DNA from: the human T2T-CHM13v2.0 reference genome, Homo sapiens
Direction: 5' to 3' (one strand)
Length of the DNA: 64,000 bases
NCBI RefSeq assembly: GCF_009914755.1
Contig: NC_060932.1
The notes beneath the pieces were generated by a model. That model searched no databases. It saw nothing but the letters and a program-made list of their open reading frames with translations, and was not told the DNA's origin. The position numbers and the translations under genes were made by a program. Of this stretch, positions 31,003 through 46,184 are shown one piece after another (the stretch's first letter is position 1; each line of letters opens with the position of its first letter).

Positions 31003-32463
31003 ATTTTTCTGGTGAAATATTTTGATCACCTAAGTGTCATCATGAAGAGCTTTTCCTCAGTGGCAATAATTCATTAAGGCCTTTATTTTAAATGAGTACA
31101 AAAATATTGATAAAAAGAATAATTAAAATTAAAATAATATAAAATGTATTTTTGCATATGTTAGTCTCTTTATAGCTTAGTCCTAGGCTCAGTGCTGCCA
31201 TTTTAATTACAAGAAATTTCACTGCACTTTGAAAATGACCTAATATTTCCTTCCTTTATCATCCAGCAAAATGTGTCTAGTTTTGAAATGTGAGCACAAA
31301 GCTCTCTCTTTCTGAAATGACTGTTATATGGCACACATTTCTCCCACACAAATATCCCTCAGATGGACAAACAATTCAACTCCTCACACTCTCCCTAAAC
31401 TTGCAAATGAAGTAGTGCTCATCCGATCTTCTGATGGATTTCCCAATCCTCACAGAGACATTTAAATTTAGGTTTTTATTATTATTAAGCAAAATGTTTA
31501 ACTACACTACATACTACTTTAAAGTTTTATACATTTTTGCATATTGTGTTTTAAACCTTTAACAAGAAAATCCAAAGGTCTGGGATAACATACATTTAAA
31601 CTACTGCTATGATGTGTTGGGTAAACTCTTTCAATATCCAACCTTAACCAAGAAAAGAAACACAGGCAATATCCAATGCAGCCTAGATACTAAGTGTAAA
31701 AACTAATGAGCATCGTAATAGCCTCTCGAGAGATGCACAACAAAATATTTTATATTTTATCTCAGCTCAAAATCATAGAGACTTCATCACCCTAGTATCT
31801 TAGAAGTCTGAAAGAGGTAAAAAATGTTTATGTTGTTTTACAAGAAAAACTGAACTATTTTTAGCAAACATACCTACAAATTTCCAAAAAGCAAACATTC
31901 AGACAAATGGTCTCCTTCCCTCCTGATGGTATTTGTTAGAAATAGGCTTCAGTGTAAAATTCCTCAGGGTATTGTTTTTTTTCAAATCCCCTGTTACATG
32001 TATTCTAATATTTTACTATTCACTTGTTTTCTTGAAGTTTCATTTGCATATGTTAAACTAGAGTTTTGAGTACACTATTTCTTATGCTATTGTTGTTTTT
32101 GCTTTTTCAAACGGTAATGAAGTAAATTGTATTGCAAATATTTGACAGAAGAAAATAAAGCATTGAACTTAACAGAAGGCATATTCTGACCTCTTTTGTG
32201 GAGTTCACTGGAAATTTCAAGTGAATCCAACATCTGACAATCTTTTAGCACTGTTAAGGTTTATTATTAACGCTGCAGTTATTAAGGAGACAGTTGGTCC
32301 ATAAATATTTCACCTTACTAAGCTGTGTACAAGTCGTTGGTTTTAAACTCAGATAGGGTTTAACAAGAAACATTTGACAAATCCAAACAGCACTTGATTT
32401 CAGATCACAAGTTTAGGTTATAAAGAATGAAAACCTCTGTGTGCTAACACTATATTTTTCTAG

Positions 32464-32559
32464 TGCTATAAGGATTTAATACAGTCTTCACTTAGTTTCC
32501 TAACCATGTTATTGTATATAACAATCTCCTTCAAAACTTAGTCCAGATACGAGCTTATG
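32464..32559 (+). other. Candidate 96-nt non-coding exon
   Basis: Branch point gctaac, acceptor tatatttttctag|, donor ATG|gtaagt; stops in all three frames. Confidence 0.25.
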
Positions 32560-32944
32560 GTAAGTGACGTTCATTTGGAGGCTCCCTAAACATTTATTTA
32601 GACAACCTCAAATGTGCCCTTTCTTCATACATTTTTTTCCACATATAATTTTTTTCACAAAAAAATTATACTGCTTATAATTTTATATTCATGCTTCTCA
32701 GGCATTGAAATAAGAAACACTATTATCAAAATTATTAAAATCATAATATAGGTCTCATAATAATAATAGTGATAATTATAATTATAATACTCTAGTCTAG
32801 GCATTATATAAAGTAAAAATTGTGACCCTACATTCATTTGTTCCATAGAGTTTTGGCAAACTCACTTCCTATCTTAGGTTTGGTCATTCATGATCTTTTA
32901 AACAAGTGAAATATACCCAAGAAATATTATTCATTCGATATTCA

Positions 32945-33090
32945 GAATTTTAGAATTTAATATCAGACATCAGGGATCAGTGAGTTGAATCTTTAATGTA
33001 CATGTAGGAATACAGAACACAAGGTGCTGAAAACATGTGTCCATAGTTATGCTGGTCAGAGCCGAAAGCCAGGTCTCTTGACTCAGTCAA
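32945..33090 (-). mobile_element. MIR fragment
   Basis: tgtccatagttatgctggtcagagccgaaagccaggtctcttgactc. Confidence 0.5.
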
Positions 33091-34189
33091 ATTTAGGTTA
33101 AGTAACCAACATCAAACTGCAAGTTTTCTAATCAGTATGGAAACGAAATGTAAACCCATAAGCCTAAATGAGACTGCAAGTTGGAATTCCTCCATTGCCT
33201 ACTCTCTCAGTAGGATGACTTCTTCCCTATCCCTTTTGATAAAACCTGATCAAAACCCAATGAGTTTTCAGCATATTTTCAGAAAATGGAAAGTTCTCTT
33301 TGTAATAATTCACGTATTTAATCTACTGTACAATCTAAAGGCTTCGAACAGCCCCTCCTTTCCCTTGGCTGGGGCCTGCTGACATTAGCTGTCTTCATGT
33401 GTCAAAGGGAGGCATATTCCCTTTCTCTGTTTGATCACTCAGCACTTCTACTCTTCCTTTTCCTTCTCTGCCATGTCAGATGTGTCAGGGTTTAGGGGAA
33501 ACATAAAAGGAAAGGGAGTATTCTTACCCCAGGAATACTGTCCTGAGCTAGTGTTAGCACTGCACCAGCTTACGGACACTGATAGGCAACTCTGTTTCTT
33601 CTTTCCTGGAATGCTTCTTCCCTTGATTCAGTGAAGACAACAGCCAACTGCTGGAGATCCCTACCGTGCAGGATCTTTTGTGCAATGGAATCCTTCTACT
33701 GCTGCTGGTGGCTGAAGGCTGGTTTCATGCCCCTGGGAATCCAAGGATCCACCCCTGTAGGAGTTACTTTACCCCTAATGGCAGCCCACTTAAATGGAAG
33801 ACAGATCCAGGGTAAACATAGTATCCTTTGTCTGCTAAACTCTTTGAGGAAAGCCAGACCAATGTGTCAAAACCTTTTAAATCTCTCAGGCTGAGTCAAA
33901 AACTGTTCACAGTGTCTCCCAAGTCCTAGGGGACATATATCACCTTCTCCAGATAAAGCCATGATGCTTCTCCGCCTGTGCTAGAGGTGGACCTGCTTCT
34001 TCCTTGGGGGAGAGCAGGGGACACATATGTGAAATGATCGCTCTAAACATTCTCTAAAATTCCTTTACATGTGTATCCTTAGTCTGGGTGGGCATTGAAA
34101 GTAGTAGAAATTATTTTGTCATGCTTCTTTTGCAAGTCCTGTATGGCAGTTTCACATCTTACTTTGGAATGTGGTGTGTATTTACTTGA

Positions 34190-35460
34190 GCCTCAACTGA
34201 AACTGATTAAATGATTCCATTGAATCATCACGTCACAGCTTCTTAGGGATCTTATAGCATTCATTTTTGCATTCTCATTGCTTAGCATGGTGACTGAAAC
34301 AGAGCAGACATTCGATATCAGGGTTTCATTGCATGACTGAAGCGATTGTTAATTTATGTCCCGTGCCATGTGCTCTGCAAAGAAAAATGTAAGTGGCTCT
34401 TGATATATTTCTCTCCCATGGCTTCAACAACAAATAGTACCTCAACTGTTAATAATTCTACATCTTTTTTATCACTGGACTCTGCTCTCTCCATGTTTCC
34501 TATATCCACTGGCTTGTTTCAGGTGCTCACTTCTCACTTGGACTGTTCTAAAAAATCCTGAACTATTTCCTTATTATAATCTCTTTTCTTTCCAATTTGT
34601 ATTTTATACTGTCTCTGGGGCTATTATTCTAAAAATTCAAATTTGATGATTTAATTCTACGCCACCACTCTGCCTTCTGTTTAACTGGGGCAGGAAAATA
34701 GGGTCTGGAGGCAGGAAACAGAAGGCCAATTCCCACTTCAGCTATTACAGGAAATATCCTCTCCATAGGGTGGACACCGAGTAAATAACTTTGAAAGTTT
34801 ACTTCATCTTCTTCATTTATATAGGGTGTACACCAAGTAACCAATGGAAACCCCTAGAGAATATTTAAACCCCCACAAATTATGTAACGGGGCCTTTTGG
34901 CCCCTATGCTCAGACCTGCTCCCACACTGTGGAGTGTACTTTCATTTTCAATAAATCTCTTCATTCCTTCCTCACTTTGTTTGTGCTATTTGTCCAATTC
35001 TTTGTTCAAGATGCCAAGAACCTGGACATCCTCCACTAATAACATAACTATTTCTGGTTTCCTCTCACATATTAAATAGAGTCTAAATTTCCCAGAATGA
35101 CACAACTGACTTTTTCAATATGACATGTGCCAATGTCCCCATTACTGTCTTCTATCTTTTTTCACTTTTATCCTCGTAAAGTTCAAAATGTTCAACCATG
35201 AAGAGATTGCTAATTGGGTCATGTTCCTTCATAAGTTTCAGCTTTTGCAATCCTGTCCCCTTTACATAGTATGCCTTCCTCTTTATCTGGTGAACTTCAA
35301 ATGCCAGTTCAAATTATATTTTTACAACTCTACTCAGAAATAGTCACTTCCTCATTTCTGCTATTTCTAGACCAAAAGTGCTCCTAACACATGTATCATT
35401 CTGTATTATTTGTTTATGTATCTGTCTTTTCAACTTGACTGAAGGGTAACCTTTTTATTG
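34190..35460 (+). mobile_element. L2 fragments (interrupted by an ERV1 LTR)
   Basis: cacttctcacttggactgttc; tttatctggtgaacttc; atttgtttatgtatctgtct. Confidence 0.5.
34686..35044 (+). mobile_element. ERV1 (MER4-group, MER66-like) solo LTR
   Basis: TG...CA termini, gcaggaaaatagggtctggaggcagg start, CCAAT, TATTTAAA, AATAAA; 4-bp TSD TAAC at 34682-34685 and 35045-35048. Confidence 0.85.
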
Positions 35461-35551
35461 TAATCAATTAATACATGGATAATTGCAAAGTCAATGAAGT
35501 AAAAGTTATTAAATTGCTAGTAAGATAGTGGTAAGAAAAAAGCAACACAAG

Positions 35552-36260
35552 TATTGGGGTACAGAGAATGATACCCTGAAGTATGGTGTTCTGGCATGCT
35601 GAGCACCTTGAATTAAAGTAAATTGGCAAGACATAGAAGCTGCCTAACTTCCTAATCTTCTCTTGTTTCTTCACCCACTCACAACCCCAAGTGAGGGGAG
35701 GAATGTTCTCTGGAATCTCCTTATCTGAGGAAGGAAACTTCTTTCCCAAAGAAAGGTAATTGTCTTAAAATCCCCCCTTTAGGAATGTAAGCAAATAACC
35801 AGGAAAGATTAACCACCAGAGAGAGAGAAAAAGAAAAAAGAAAAAGAGACAGAGAGAGAGACAGACAAAAGAAGTCATCGCCATGCCCAGACAGAATTTT
35901 TATCTACTCTTCTGAGGGCAGCACGAAGAGATTACCTATGGGAATTCATCTGCCTAATAAGACTACCTTTGTTCACAGTGCAGTTCCAACACTCACCTTT
36001 CCATAACTTTTCACTCCCATCGAGTTTCCCAAAATAATCATTTACAAACTATTGTCTGGTTTGGCTAGCTCATTCATTCTCCCTAAAAATTACTTATTAC
36101 CCTCATAAAATTGCCTACAGTCCCACATATCGCCCCTCCTCCGTAAGGTATTTAAGCTTCAGCCATCTGGCCCCTCTTTGAGTGTCACATTTGTGAGACC
36201 TCTATGACCACGTGCACATAAATAAATTTGTGTACCTTTTTCTCCTATATGTCTGTATAT
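35552..36260 (+). mobile_element. MER39/MER34-like ERV1 LTR
   Basis: tattggggtacagagaatgataccctgaagtatggtgttctggcatgctga ... aataaatttgtgtacctttttctcctat. Confidence 0.7.
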
Positions 36261-39200
36261 TATATAACATTTGTTATTTTCATTTATTTTAAAACCGTGT
36301 ATAGTCACAACATCCATGTGTTCTGCTTCTCCTTACTGAGCCATCCAAATAATTTAGTCAAATTACAACAAGCAAAGTGACCTCAATGGAAAAAGTATGC
36401 AGAGAAGCCATGTTGTGAGATGATGAGTTTTTAGGATTATCCTGCCCAACTACTCAAAGTTATAGCGAAACTCATTTCACGTTGAAAAATAGTATTAAAA
36501 GAAGATAAAATATTGTGAAATATAACAGATCTCATAGGCTTATATATTCTCTATATTGCTATTTACCTAGCTGTATATATTCTGCCAATGAAATTGCCAT
36601 TGATTTGATATAATCTTTCTAGTATCTAACTGAATATGCTTCTAAGTATCATACCAAACACTTAGGTTAATAATGGTAGCAGCACTTCATTAAGACCTCA
36701 TAAAAAGAGGCTGGTATTCTTCTATGATCGACCTCTATATTGGACTTTGTGTTTGTGATATACTCAAAACACGCACAGAAACATGAGAAATATGTTTAAT
36801 AATCTACAAGGTAGTTTTAAATGGTCAGCCCACAAAATGCATGGGAATTGCTTTTATAAATGCCTACAAGGCCATGTATCTCTCTGAATAAATTTATGTG
36901 TTAAAGAAATGGCTCTGGTTCCTGGTCTAGGAATTTAATGGGAAAACTTCCCTGCAAAATAAAATAATGTGATAGGAAGATATTGTGCCACTTCTCTTAC
37001 TATATAATTTAATCTTAATTACCATCTTAGGTTGAATTCCCTAGAAATCAGAGCCGGAGATAAAAGCTATGTGCCAGCACTTTATTAAGAAGCTCAATAG
37101 GTCCCTGAGGAGCAAGGGGGGAAAGGGGAAAAGTAGAGTTTACTTTTGGTTTTCTTTGAGAATTTAGATTAAAAAAATTCATAAAACATAGCATTTACAA
37201 ACTTTGCCAAATATTAAGTGATTTATTGTTCATATATATGCTGCATTAAAACAATGCAACTACAGATAGCAATAGCCAGCTATTCAAAAGCTAAAATATA
37301 CTGCATTTCAGGTTATCACAAAAATGGGACATTTTGAACTCTTTAGAGGACACTACCTTTTTTTCCCTAGATTACACATTTTTTTTCAACTTCTAATAAA
37401 GATAACCAGCATTCAGTGGCGGGAATTTGGATTGGATGACTCCATAAATATCTACTATCTCTTCACAACAAAAATAATTTGTGAATATGCTTTATTAATG
37501 ACAACAAAAAAGTGAAGATGCACCAAGAATCCATGACTGTAACATATGTTAACATACCACAGTGATGGATATAGCTTCTTTGACTGCACAGCTTCGGGCA
37601 GGTTAAAGTCATGTGTATTATCTCAAATAGACTACACATGAAAGCAAATTCCAGCCTCTAAAAAGTAGATTCACAGCCTCATTAACAACCATTTAGATAT
37701 TTAATAACTGAATTTTCAGAAAATACTCTTATTTATAATCTGGATCCTCATGCTTCATGCTCCATTTTTTTTTTCTAATTTAGTCCTTAGAGAAAACTAA
37801 CAACTAGTCCCTGTGAAAAGTCATCCTCTGACTTATTTGTTCACTAATATTTTGATCTTGGCCTAGATGTGACAAGTCCAAACAGAAAACTTACTCAGCT
37901 TAGGGGCTTTGCTAGATTCATTTTCATTTTGCCACCATCTTTTTGAATGGTAGGAGTCAAATATAGATTTCTGAGTCATACAATGTGGGATTTTGTTCAA
38001 ATGGGATTAAGTTTGAATTAGGAGGAAAAATAATGAAATATACTTTTACAGTATAAGCAGAAAACTGTATACACAATCTTCCATCACTGTCAATTATAAT
38101 GACATAATAGTATGGATGATAATAGGATTGTTCTATTTTGAATCCGTATATATATAAATAGTCTGTGTATTCTGACATGACAGAGGAGAAAAATATGATA
38201 TTCACTATCTCACATGTTCAAATACAGGTAGTAATATAAATTTAGTTAATGTCATATATATAACAGCAGAGTAAGAGAGAATCAGAATGATTAAGTGTTT
38301 ATAACCTCAAGGTAGGCTTTTATTCCTTTATCTAATACTCCTAAATTCTACCTTTTAAAAGGAAGAAATATTGCTATTAATAAATTTTTAAGGGACTGGG
38401 CTAAATATAATTTTATAATTAATCTTATATCCATATGAAATATGACTCAAAGAAGATATTACTTTGACTTTGTTTTAGTGGTATTGTTTCTAAGCCCTTA
38501 AATCGGAAATCTCTGAGGATGTGTTAATGGCACTTAGATTTTTTATACTAGCTTTCTAAATATTAAGAAATGGCAGTACAATCATTACTATTACTATTGC
38601 TTATCTTGTGGTGAGAAAAATAATTTTTGGAAAATTAACTTTGGACATCTTTCAAACGAGGAAGTTATGTTCTTATACTTTTGTGCTATTAGCTTGACCC
38701 TTTCTTCAGTGCTTTTAAACTATAGGGTTTTTTTTTTTAATGGACTTATATGAAAGGTGGTTTCACTGGCCTACTCTCTTACATACTTGGGAAGAACTGA
38801 AAACAAGAGAGAGGGAGAAAGTACATATGAAACAAGAAGGTCATCAAACTACCGGGTGAATAAAAGTGTTTTTTTCTAATTTGATAACCATATCCTTTCT
38901 GAAATGAGGTTGATAGCATTTCAGATCAGACAAATTTTTTTCCCTGCTAATCTATATACTTCATCACAACTATAAAATTTGAGACCTTAGGTGATGTGCA
39001 TTACCATAATGGAACAAAAAATGTTTCAGTCACATTCTTGAGATTGATCACTAGCTCTAGAATTTTAAAAAAATGAATGAATTCAAGATACTCATTTAAA
39101 GTAGACTACATATGAGACTTAGTTTCTACTCTATATAATTGGCACAAAATATATACCTCATTAGTCATTTTAATTAAATGAAATAATAAGTTTACATAAT

Positions 39201-40329
39201 ATTAGTATTTGTTTCATGATTATGTGCTAGGCCTTAGGTCAAGATGCTTTATACATACTTAAAAAATATCTAATGTGAAAACTGTCACTATTAGCTCCGT
39301 TCTCCACTACTATCCTCAATTTTCCATGTCATTCTAATTTTAAGCAATATTTGTATCCACTAAGGTAGTGATTCTTAATTTTTTTATATCAGATCTTTGA
39401 GAATCAGATGAAAAGTATCATCATCCAAAAATTCAAATTGAATATACATGCACATTTTGCATGCAATTTTAAAAGGTTTGGGGGGCTCCAATTTATAGAC
39501 CATCTAGTGATAAAATCTAAACTAAGAACTTACATGCTATGTAAACGGAAATAACATGATCATGTCAAATTCTCTTAATACAAATATACATCAAAAAGGC
39601 ATTGCTTCTGAATTTAAAACATTTAATCTGAGAGAACAGCAAGGAATATTTGTGTCAATCCAAAACACATAGAGGGGCCTGTGAGGTTATATCTTATTGT
39701 AATAAATATAAGTACACTTATAAGAAATATGTGTATGTATATCTGGGTGTCTTGGAGACATAAATTAAGTTTGTCAGAACCATACTGTTCTTTTTTTTAT
39801 TATCTAAACCTCAATGTGCCTCAAACGATAATTATTTTTCTTATTTTTCCTACACTCCATTTTGCATTTAAACGAACAACATCAATCCCCTTCTACAACA
39901 TTGATCTAACCAAATGATTTCAGCTTAGTTTATATCCAACCAGTTATCAAACCATATTGGCTCTAGCTAAAAGAAATAAACTTAGTCTTTCTATATTCTT
40001 CATACTATCAAAACAAGGAATTTAATAAAAGTTGACTGCACATCTACTATGTAAAAAAAAAATCAAAGAAAACTTTTTATGACCTAAACATTATTCATAA
40101 TATTGTTTTCTTCTTTGCCTTAATAGACTAACCCTTAAGAATACTGATCCGCCTGTATCCCTCTTTAAAGGCTATTAATTATCAGAAACATTTGTTTCTT
40201 AGAGTCAGGGGTAGATTAGATATCTTCACTCCACACTCACATTACCATTTGTCTGTCTGCCAAAAATCCCTTTCTTTCAAAAAAAAATCTTATCATCAAT
40301 TTATTCTATCATCTTCCTAACCTCATTTA

Positions 40330-41450
<1,121 letters not shown>

Positions 41451-41612
41451 ATCACTTTTCATGAGCCATTTGAGAGTACTTGGGGTGTACAATGTTCCTT
41501 CACGTTAAACCCTTGTGGGTTATTACAAAAAAGACAACAATATTCTCTTACATAACCATGTTATAATTCTCAAATTCAAGATTTTGAACATTGCAGAGAT
41601 ACAGTGATCGAA

Positions 41613-41780
41613 CATGAGTCAGCAAGCTTTTTCTGCAGAAGGCCAGATAATAAATAGTTTAGAATTTCTGGGCCATATGGTCTCTATCATAACTACTCTG
41701 CTGCAATGGCACAACAGCAGCCATAGGCAGTGCCATCAACCAGTGTCCACTGCTACTTTACAAAGCAAGTGGCAGACTCT
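41613..41780 (+). mobile_element. MER58-like hAT MITE
   Basis: gtcagcaagctttttctgcagaaggccagataataaatagtttag...tgggccatatggtctctatc. Confidence 0.75.
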
Positions 41781-41799
41781 GAATTAAACTAGTTTACAT

Positions 41800-43400
41800 T
41801 AAAAAAATTTCAATTGACCTAAGAAACTTTTGTAGAATTTGTTCTTGTTTAAAACTTATTTTGTTGCTTATTGGATATTTCCTTTCATTTCTTTCAACTT
41901 TTGTTTTATATAAGGTGTTATTAGGCATATGTAAATTTAAGATTTCTTAATCTTTCTTGTGAATTGGGCCATTTTATCAATAAGATGTCTCTCCTCATTT
42001 CTAGTGATATTATTTTATGCTAAAGTAGACTCATCTGCTGAGCCTGGTGGCCAATGCCTGCAATCCAAGCACTTTGGAGGCCAAGGCAGGCAGATTGCTT
42101 GGGTCTAAGATTTTGAGACCAGCCTAGGTAATATAGTGGAACCCCACCTCTACAAAACATTTGAAAAGTTGGCCAAGGGTGGTGGTACACAGCTTTTGAT
42201 CTCAGCTACTCAGGAGGCTGAGGTGGGAGGATGGCTTGAGTCCAGGAGGTTGAGGCTGCATGAGCTGTGGCCATGCCACTGAATTCCAGCCTGGGTGACA
42301 GAGCAAGACGTTATCTCACACAAACACACAAAAAATAGACTTGTCTTATTTTAGTATAGGTTTACTAATCTACATTTGGTGGATGCGCACATATATCTAG
42401 TTTATCTTTTTTGTTTTCAAATTATCCATGCCTTTAGATTTAAACTTTTTATTCCGTACGTAGATGGGTTTCCCTTTATTCATACAGATAATCTTTGTCT
42501 TCTAATTGGAGCTTTAATTCAATTTACATTTAATATTGCTTTTGATATTGTTAAGTTTAAGCCTATCTTCTTACTTTATTTCCCTTTGTCCCATCTATAG
42601 ATTGATCCTGTTATTTTCTGCACCTTGTTACTCAAACCAATCAATGTGTTTTCCTTAATTTGGAATTTTTTTTAATACTAGAGTGCATATTTGGTCCCAA
42701 GTTACTGTTGAAATTGTTGTGTACATCTTTACTATTTTCACTAATAGAATATTCATTAAAGATCATGTCTGTTTAATGCTGAGAACATCTGTATGTTTTT
42801 TCTGTTGTCTGCTTTTCTGTTGATTTTTGATCATGTATTCCTGCCACTTTGTATGTCTAGCATTATTTAATTCTATGTTGGGCATTTTCTATAAAAGTCT
42901 ATGAAAGGTGCCTCCAGATGATATCTTCCATCAAATTTTCCCTCTTTTATATTGGACAGATAGAGTGAGAGACTTATTACATTGATTCTTTTAAGGGTTG
43001 ATTTTTGCCTTTAATAAGGCTAAGACTCAGCCTTATTAAATCTCAACTTTGCCTGGTTTCATTCAGTTCCTTGGTCATGATCCTTCTAGGCTTTTTATTA
43101 AAAATCTAATAAATCTCCAGCTGTTCCACATAAAATATATGTGTCATTTCATTCATTCTTCCGGAGGCTTCAGAGCTTAGTCTTAGTCTTGTAACCTCCA
43201 AAATTAAAAACATTCCCAATTTCTTAAGGGAGGAGCAACCTGTTTGTTTGGGACTTATTTCCTCCTTGTATTGAAATATTGTATTCTAAGAACAAGAGAT
43301 TACTGGAGAGTTACTCTGTCTTTTTGATACGCTCAGCATAACTCCTGAGCCTTTCGAACTGGATCCAGAAATCTGAAGCTTCTTAGTACTCTACCACCTC
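41800..43400 (-). mobile_element. Old L1M fragments (antisense), interrupted by AluJ
   Basis: tgttattaggcatatgtaaatttaagat; gataatctttgtcttctaattggag...caatttacatttaat. Confidence 0.55.
42037..42334 (+). mobile_element. AluJ
   Basis: gattgcttggg...gaggtgggaggatggcttgagtccaggaggttgaggctgca; degenerate TSD aaagtagactcatct / aaaatagacttgtct. Confidence 0.88.
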
Positions 43401-44499
43401 TGAGGAACCATAGACAGAAGAGTATCATTGAATTATTGAGGTAAAATGTATGTATTCACAGTATTTACTGAAAAAATAGGTCCTATCTAAAGTGTTGATT
43501 TTTATGTGTTAAAAATAAAAACAAATGATTCTTGCCATTAGAGAAAACAGACCTAGATAAATTGATATTTATAAGAGAGGAAACAAAGAAGTCCTGACTA
43601 TCCCAAGAATAGTGGATAGTTGTACAGAAACCAGGGGAAAGTGGTTTCTATGTCTCTACACTTAATACTTTGAGATATGGGATTTGTTAGTGTACGAGAA
43701 ACAAATAGCTCACAGGTTCTCTATCAATATCAGTAAAGAGTGGAGAGAGGCTTATACTGCAACCTTCAGGGGTTTGTATTACTTACATATGAAATTCCTA
43801 CCATTGCTGACAATTTTATGTAAAAAAGGAGACATCCTATGATTAGAATACAACATTCGCTGTAGGAAACACATATGTTTTTGGTTTTGTATAATAATGT
43901 ATGTGTATCTAAAAGAAAGATTTATTATCAGGATAAATTATTACTAATAGGAACTATTTATTTAGCATTTGAGGCTTAGTTTTATGCTAATGCAGTCAAT
44001 GTATTTTGTTTTTTTTCTCTACAGTCCTCAAATTGGCTTCCCATATTAAAGCTTATGCACAAGTCTTTTAGTTTTCTATAATGAATCCTTTGCTTCCTTG
44101 CATGGTATTCTATCTATGGGATACCAAAGTGCTCTGCTAATTCCTTGAAGTGACTTTGTCTATAGCATATTTTTCTAATCATATTTCCATTTAACATTTT
44201 AGACGTCTGGCTAAGATCTGGTTTAAAAATTACTTTTCATTAAGCCTTGTCCAACTAGCATAGTTACAAACGAACTCACCATTCATTCTCTGACCTCCAA
44301 TTACAATTCTAATTAGCGAATGCGTGCAGAGTATATTTAAAATGACATAGATAACTCAGCTGGGACAAAGAAGTTCCCTTCTCACAAAATCCAGCTGTTT
44401 GACAGCTCTTTTCTAAAGCGTGTTGAAGAGTGTTCTGAGGTTGTACCCGAGTTTAAATGACAGCAGTAGTTTATATCTAACAATATACCAGATATTATG

Positions 44500-45140
44500 G
44501 AATTTCTTTTTAACTTATCATGATCATTTTCTCACACAATTAAAAATTAACTGATCATTTTATTTTTAATGAAAGCACTAACATTACATCACATTTACCT
44601 AATTGTATGTTATTTTCAAAGTTTGACTTTTAGAATTAATACTAAATTATTCACTGTATTCTTAGGCCATATTTCCAGAAATCAATCTGTTACACAGCAG
44701 TCTTTGAAAGTTTTTAAAGCTGCTAAGATACCCATAAAATTGTTTCTAGAAAGATTGAAGCAATTTGTATTCCCATTAGTACTTTTTGAGTGCTGGTATT
44801 ATCACAATGAGAAAGCTATCACTAAAAATTTCTTTGAAAAGTAAACAAATGTATGTGATTATACTATAAATAAGCATTTTCTTCATTACCAGTGAGTTTA
44901 GTTTTTTTCCCCTACTTGTGCATATTAGCCATGTTTTTGAGAGTTATCTGTGATTTCTTTGTAAACCTTCCTATTTCTCTAATAGAGTATTTATGCTTTC
45001 TTACAAATACATAAGTAATTGTCACATAAGTATATAATATTTGAGTCAAATAGCATATACAGTATTTTTTTAAAGCATATTAAATTTTTGGTTGTTGCAA
45101 ATCATTTCCTGTTTACCAGTTGTCTTTAGTTATATATATA
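44500..45140 (-). mobile_element. L1ME-type fragment
   Basis: ctagaaagattgaagcaatttgtattccc; gcattttcttcattaccagtgag. Confidence 0.45.
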
Positions 45141-45644
45141 TAATTTAATTTTTTCAATGTGTATATAATTATATAATATCAAAAAAATTAAACTAGGAAA
45201 AAAGGCGAAAAGGTGGGTCATTTCAATGTCATACTGGGTGTTATGTGTCAGTTTAAGTTGAACATAATTTAATTATTTAAATAACAACCCTCTATTTGAC
45301 TTTGCTTAATAACAATTAAGTGCTAAGACTCTACAAAGACACATATTATATTACCGATTTCTGTCTGGTGGAAAAAAAGTGGCCCCAAGGTTTACAGTTT
45401 ATTGCCCTGTAAGATATTAATGAGTTTGGTCTCTAACTCAGCAAACCTATTTCAAGATGTCTTTACTAGTGCAGTGTTAAAAACCCTGTTTTACAAAATG
45501 CTCTTTGAACTAGCATTGCCATCTAAACATTATAGTACTAATGAGATAAGAACTCTTTGACATGTTTATTTTTATATCTATATGACAGTCAGGTTTTTAA
45601 TTTTTTTAAATATATTTTCAAAAGTTCTTCAGGTTCCCCCATTA

Positions 45645-45790
45645 TCCCCGATTGGATTCAGCTGTCAGATCTCATTAAGCTACATTGACTAAGAGGTGTA
45701 CTTCACAGGCTATTTAAATAGAAACAGGATTCTTGGTTTGGGCAGTGATTCCCAAGTAGCCCGGCAGCTTTATTTTTGCTGAGTCTTCAT
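45645..45790. promoter_or_regulatory. Candidate core-promoter or enhancer motif cluster
   Basis: ATTGG at 45651, CAGCTG/CTGTCA at 45659-45667, palindromic CTATTTAAATAG at 45710-45721, TGCTGAGTC near 45777; motifs only. Confidence 0.2.
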
Positions 45791-46184
45791 TTGCAGTAAT
45801 TGGGAATCTAGCTTAATGGTCTGAGAATTTGATGATGTATTTTAGAGGGACTACAGGATTTATTCCTCTTCGGTGAAGTAAAACAGAAATTCTGGTTTGT
45901 TAGCTATTTATTTTTATTTTTTTACCTACTATTTATGAGAAGTAAATTTGTATGCCCTTTGGAAAGGAGAACTATTCTTTGAGATAAATACTGTGAATTT
46001 TTGTGTAGCTGTTGACTTTTGACCCATGAATAAGAATTGAAGATGCAAGATCTCTGTTGACATATAATTGAGAAAATCTTTTACTTCTCAGTATGTGAGT
46101 GTGGAATACTCTTACTTTTTCAGTGTATTATAAAATTTAATTATTAATCTCTTAAATTAATTTAGCTTTGTATTAGCTGGTTAA

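Noticed and set aside
33380-34190. GC-richer block, possibly an ancient LTR
   Set aside because: I could not define termini, TSD or family from the sequence alone.
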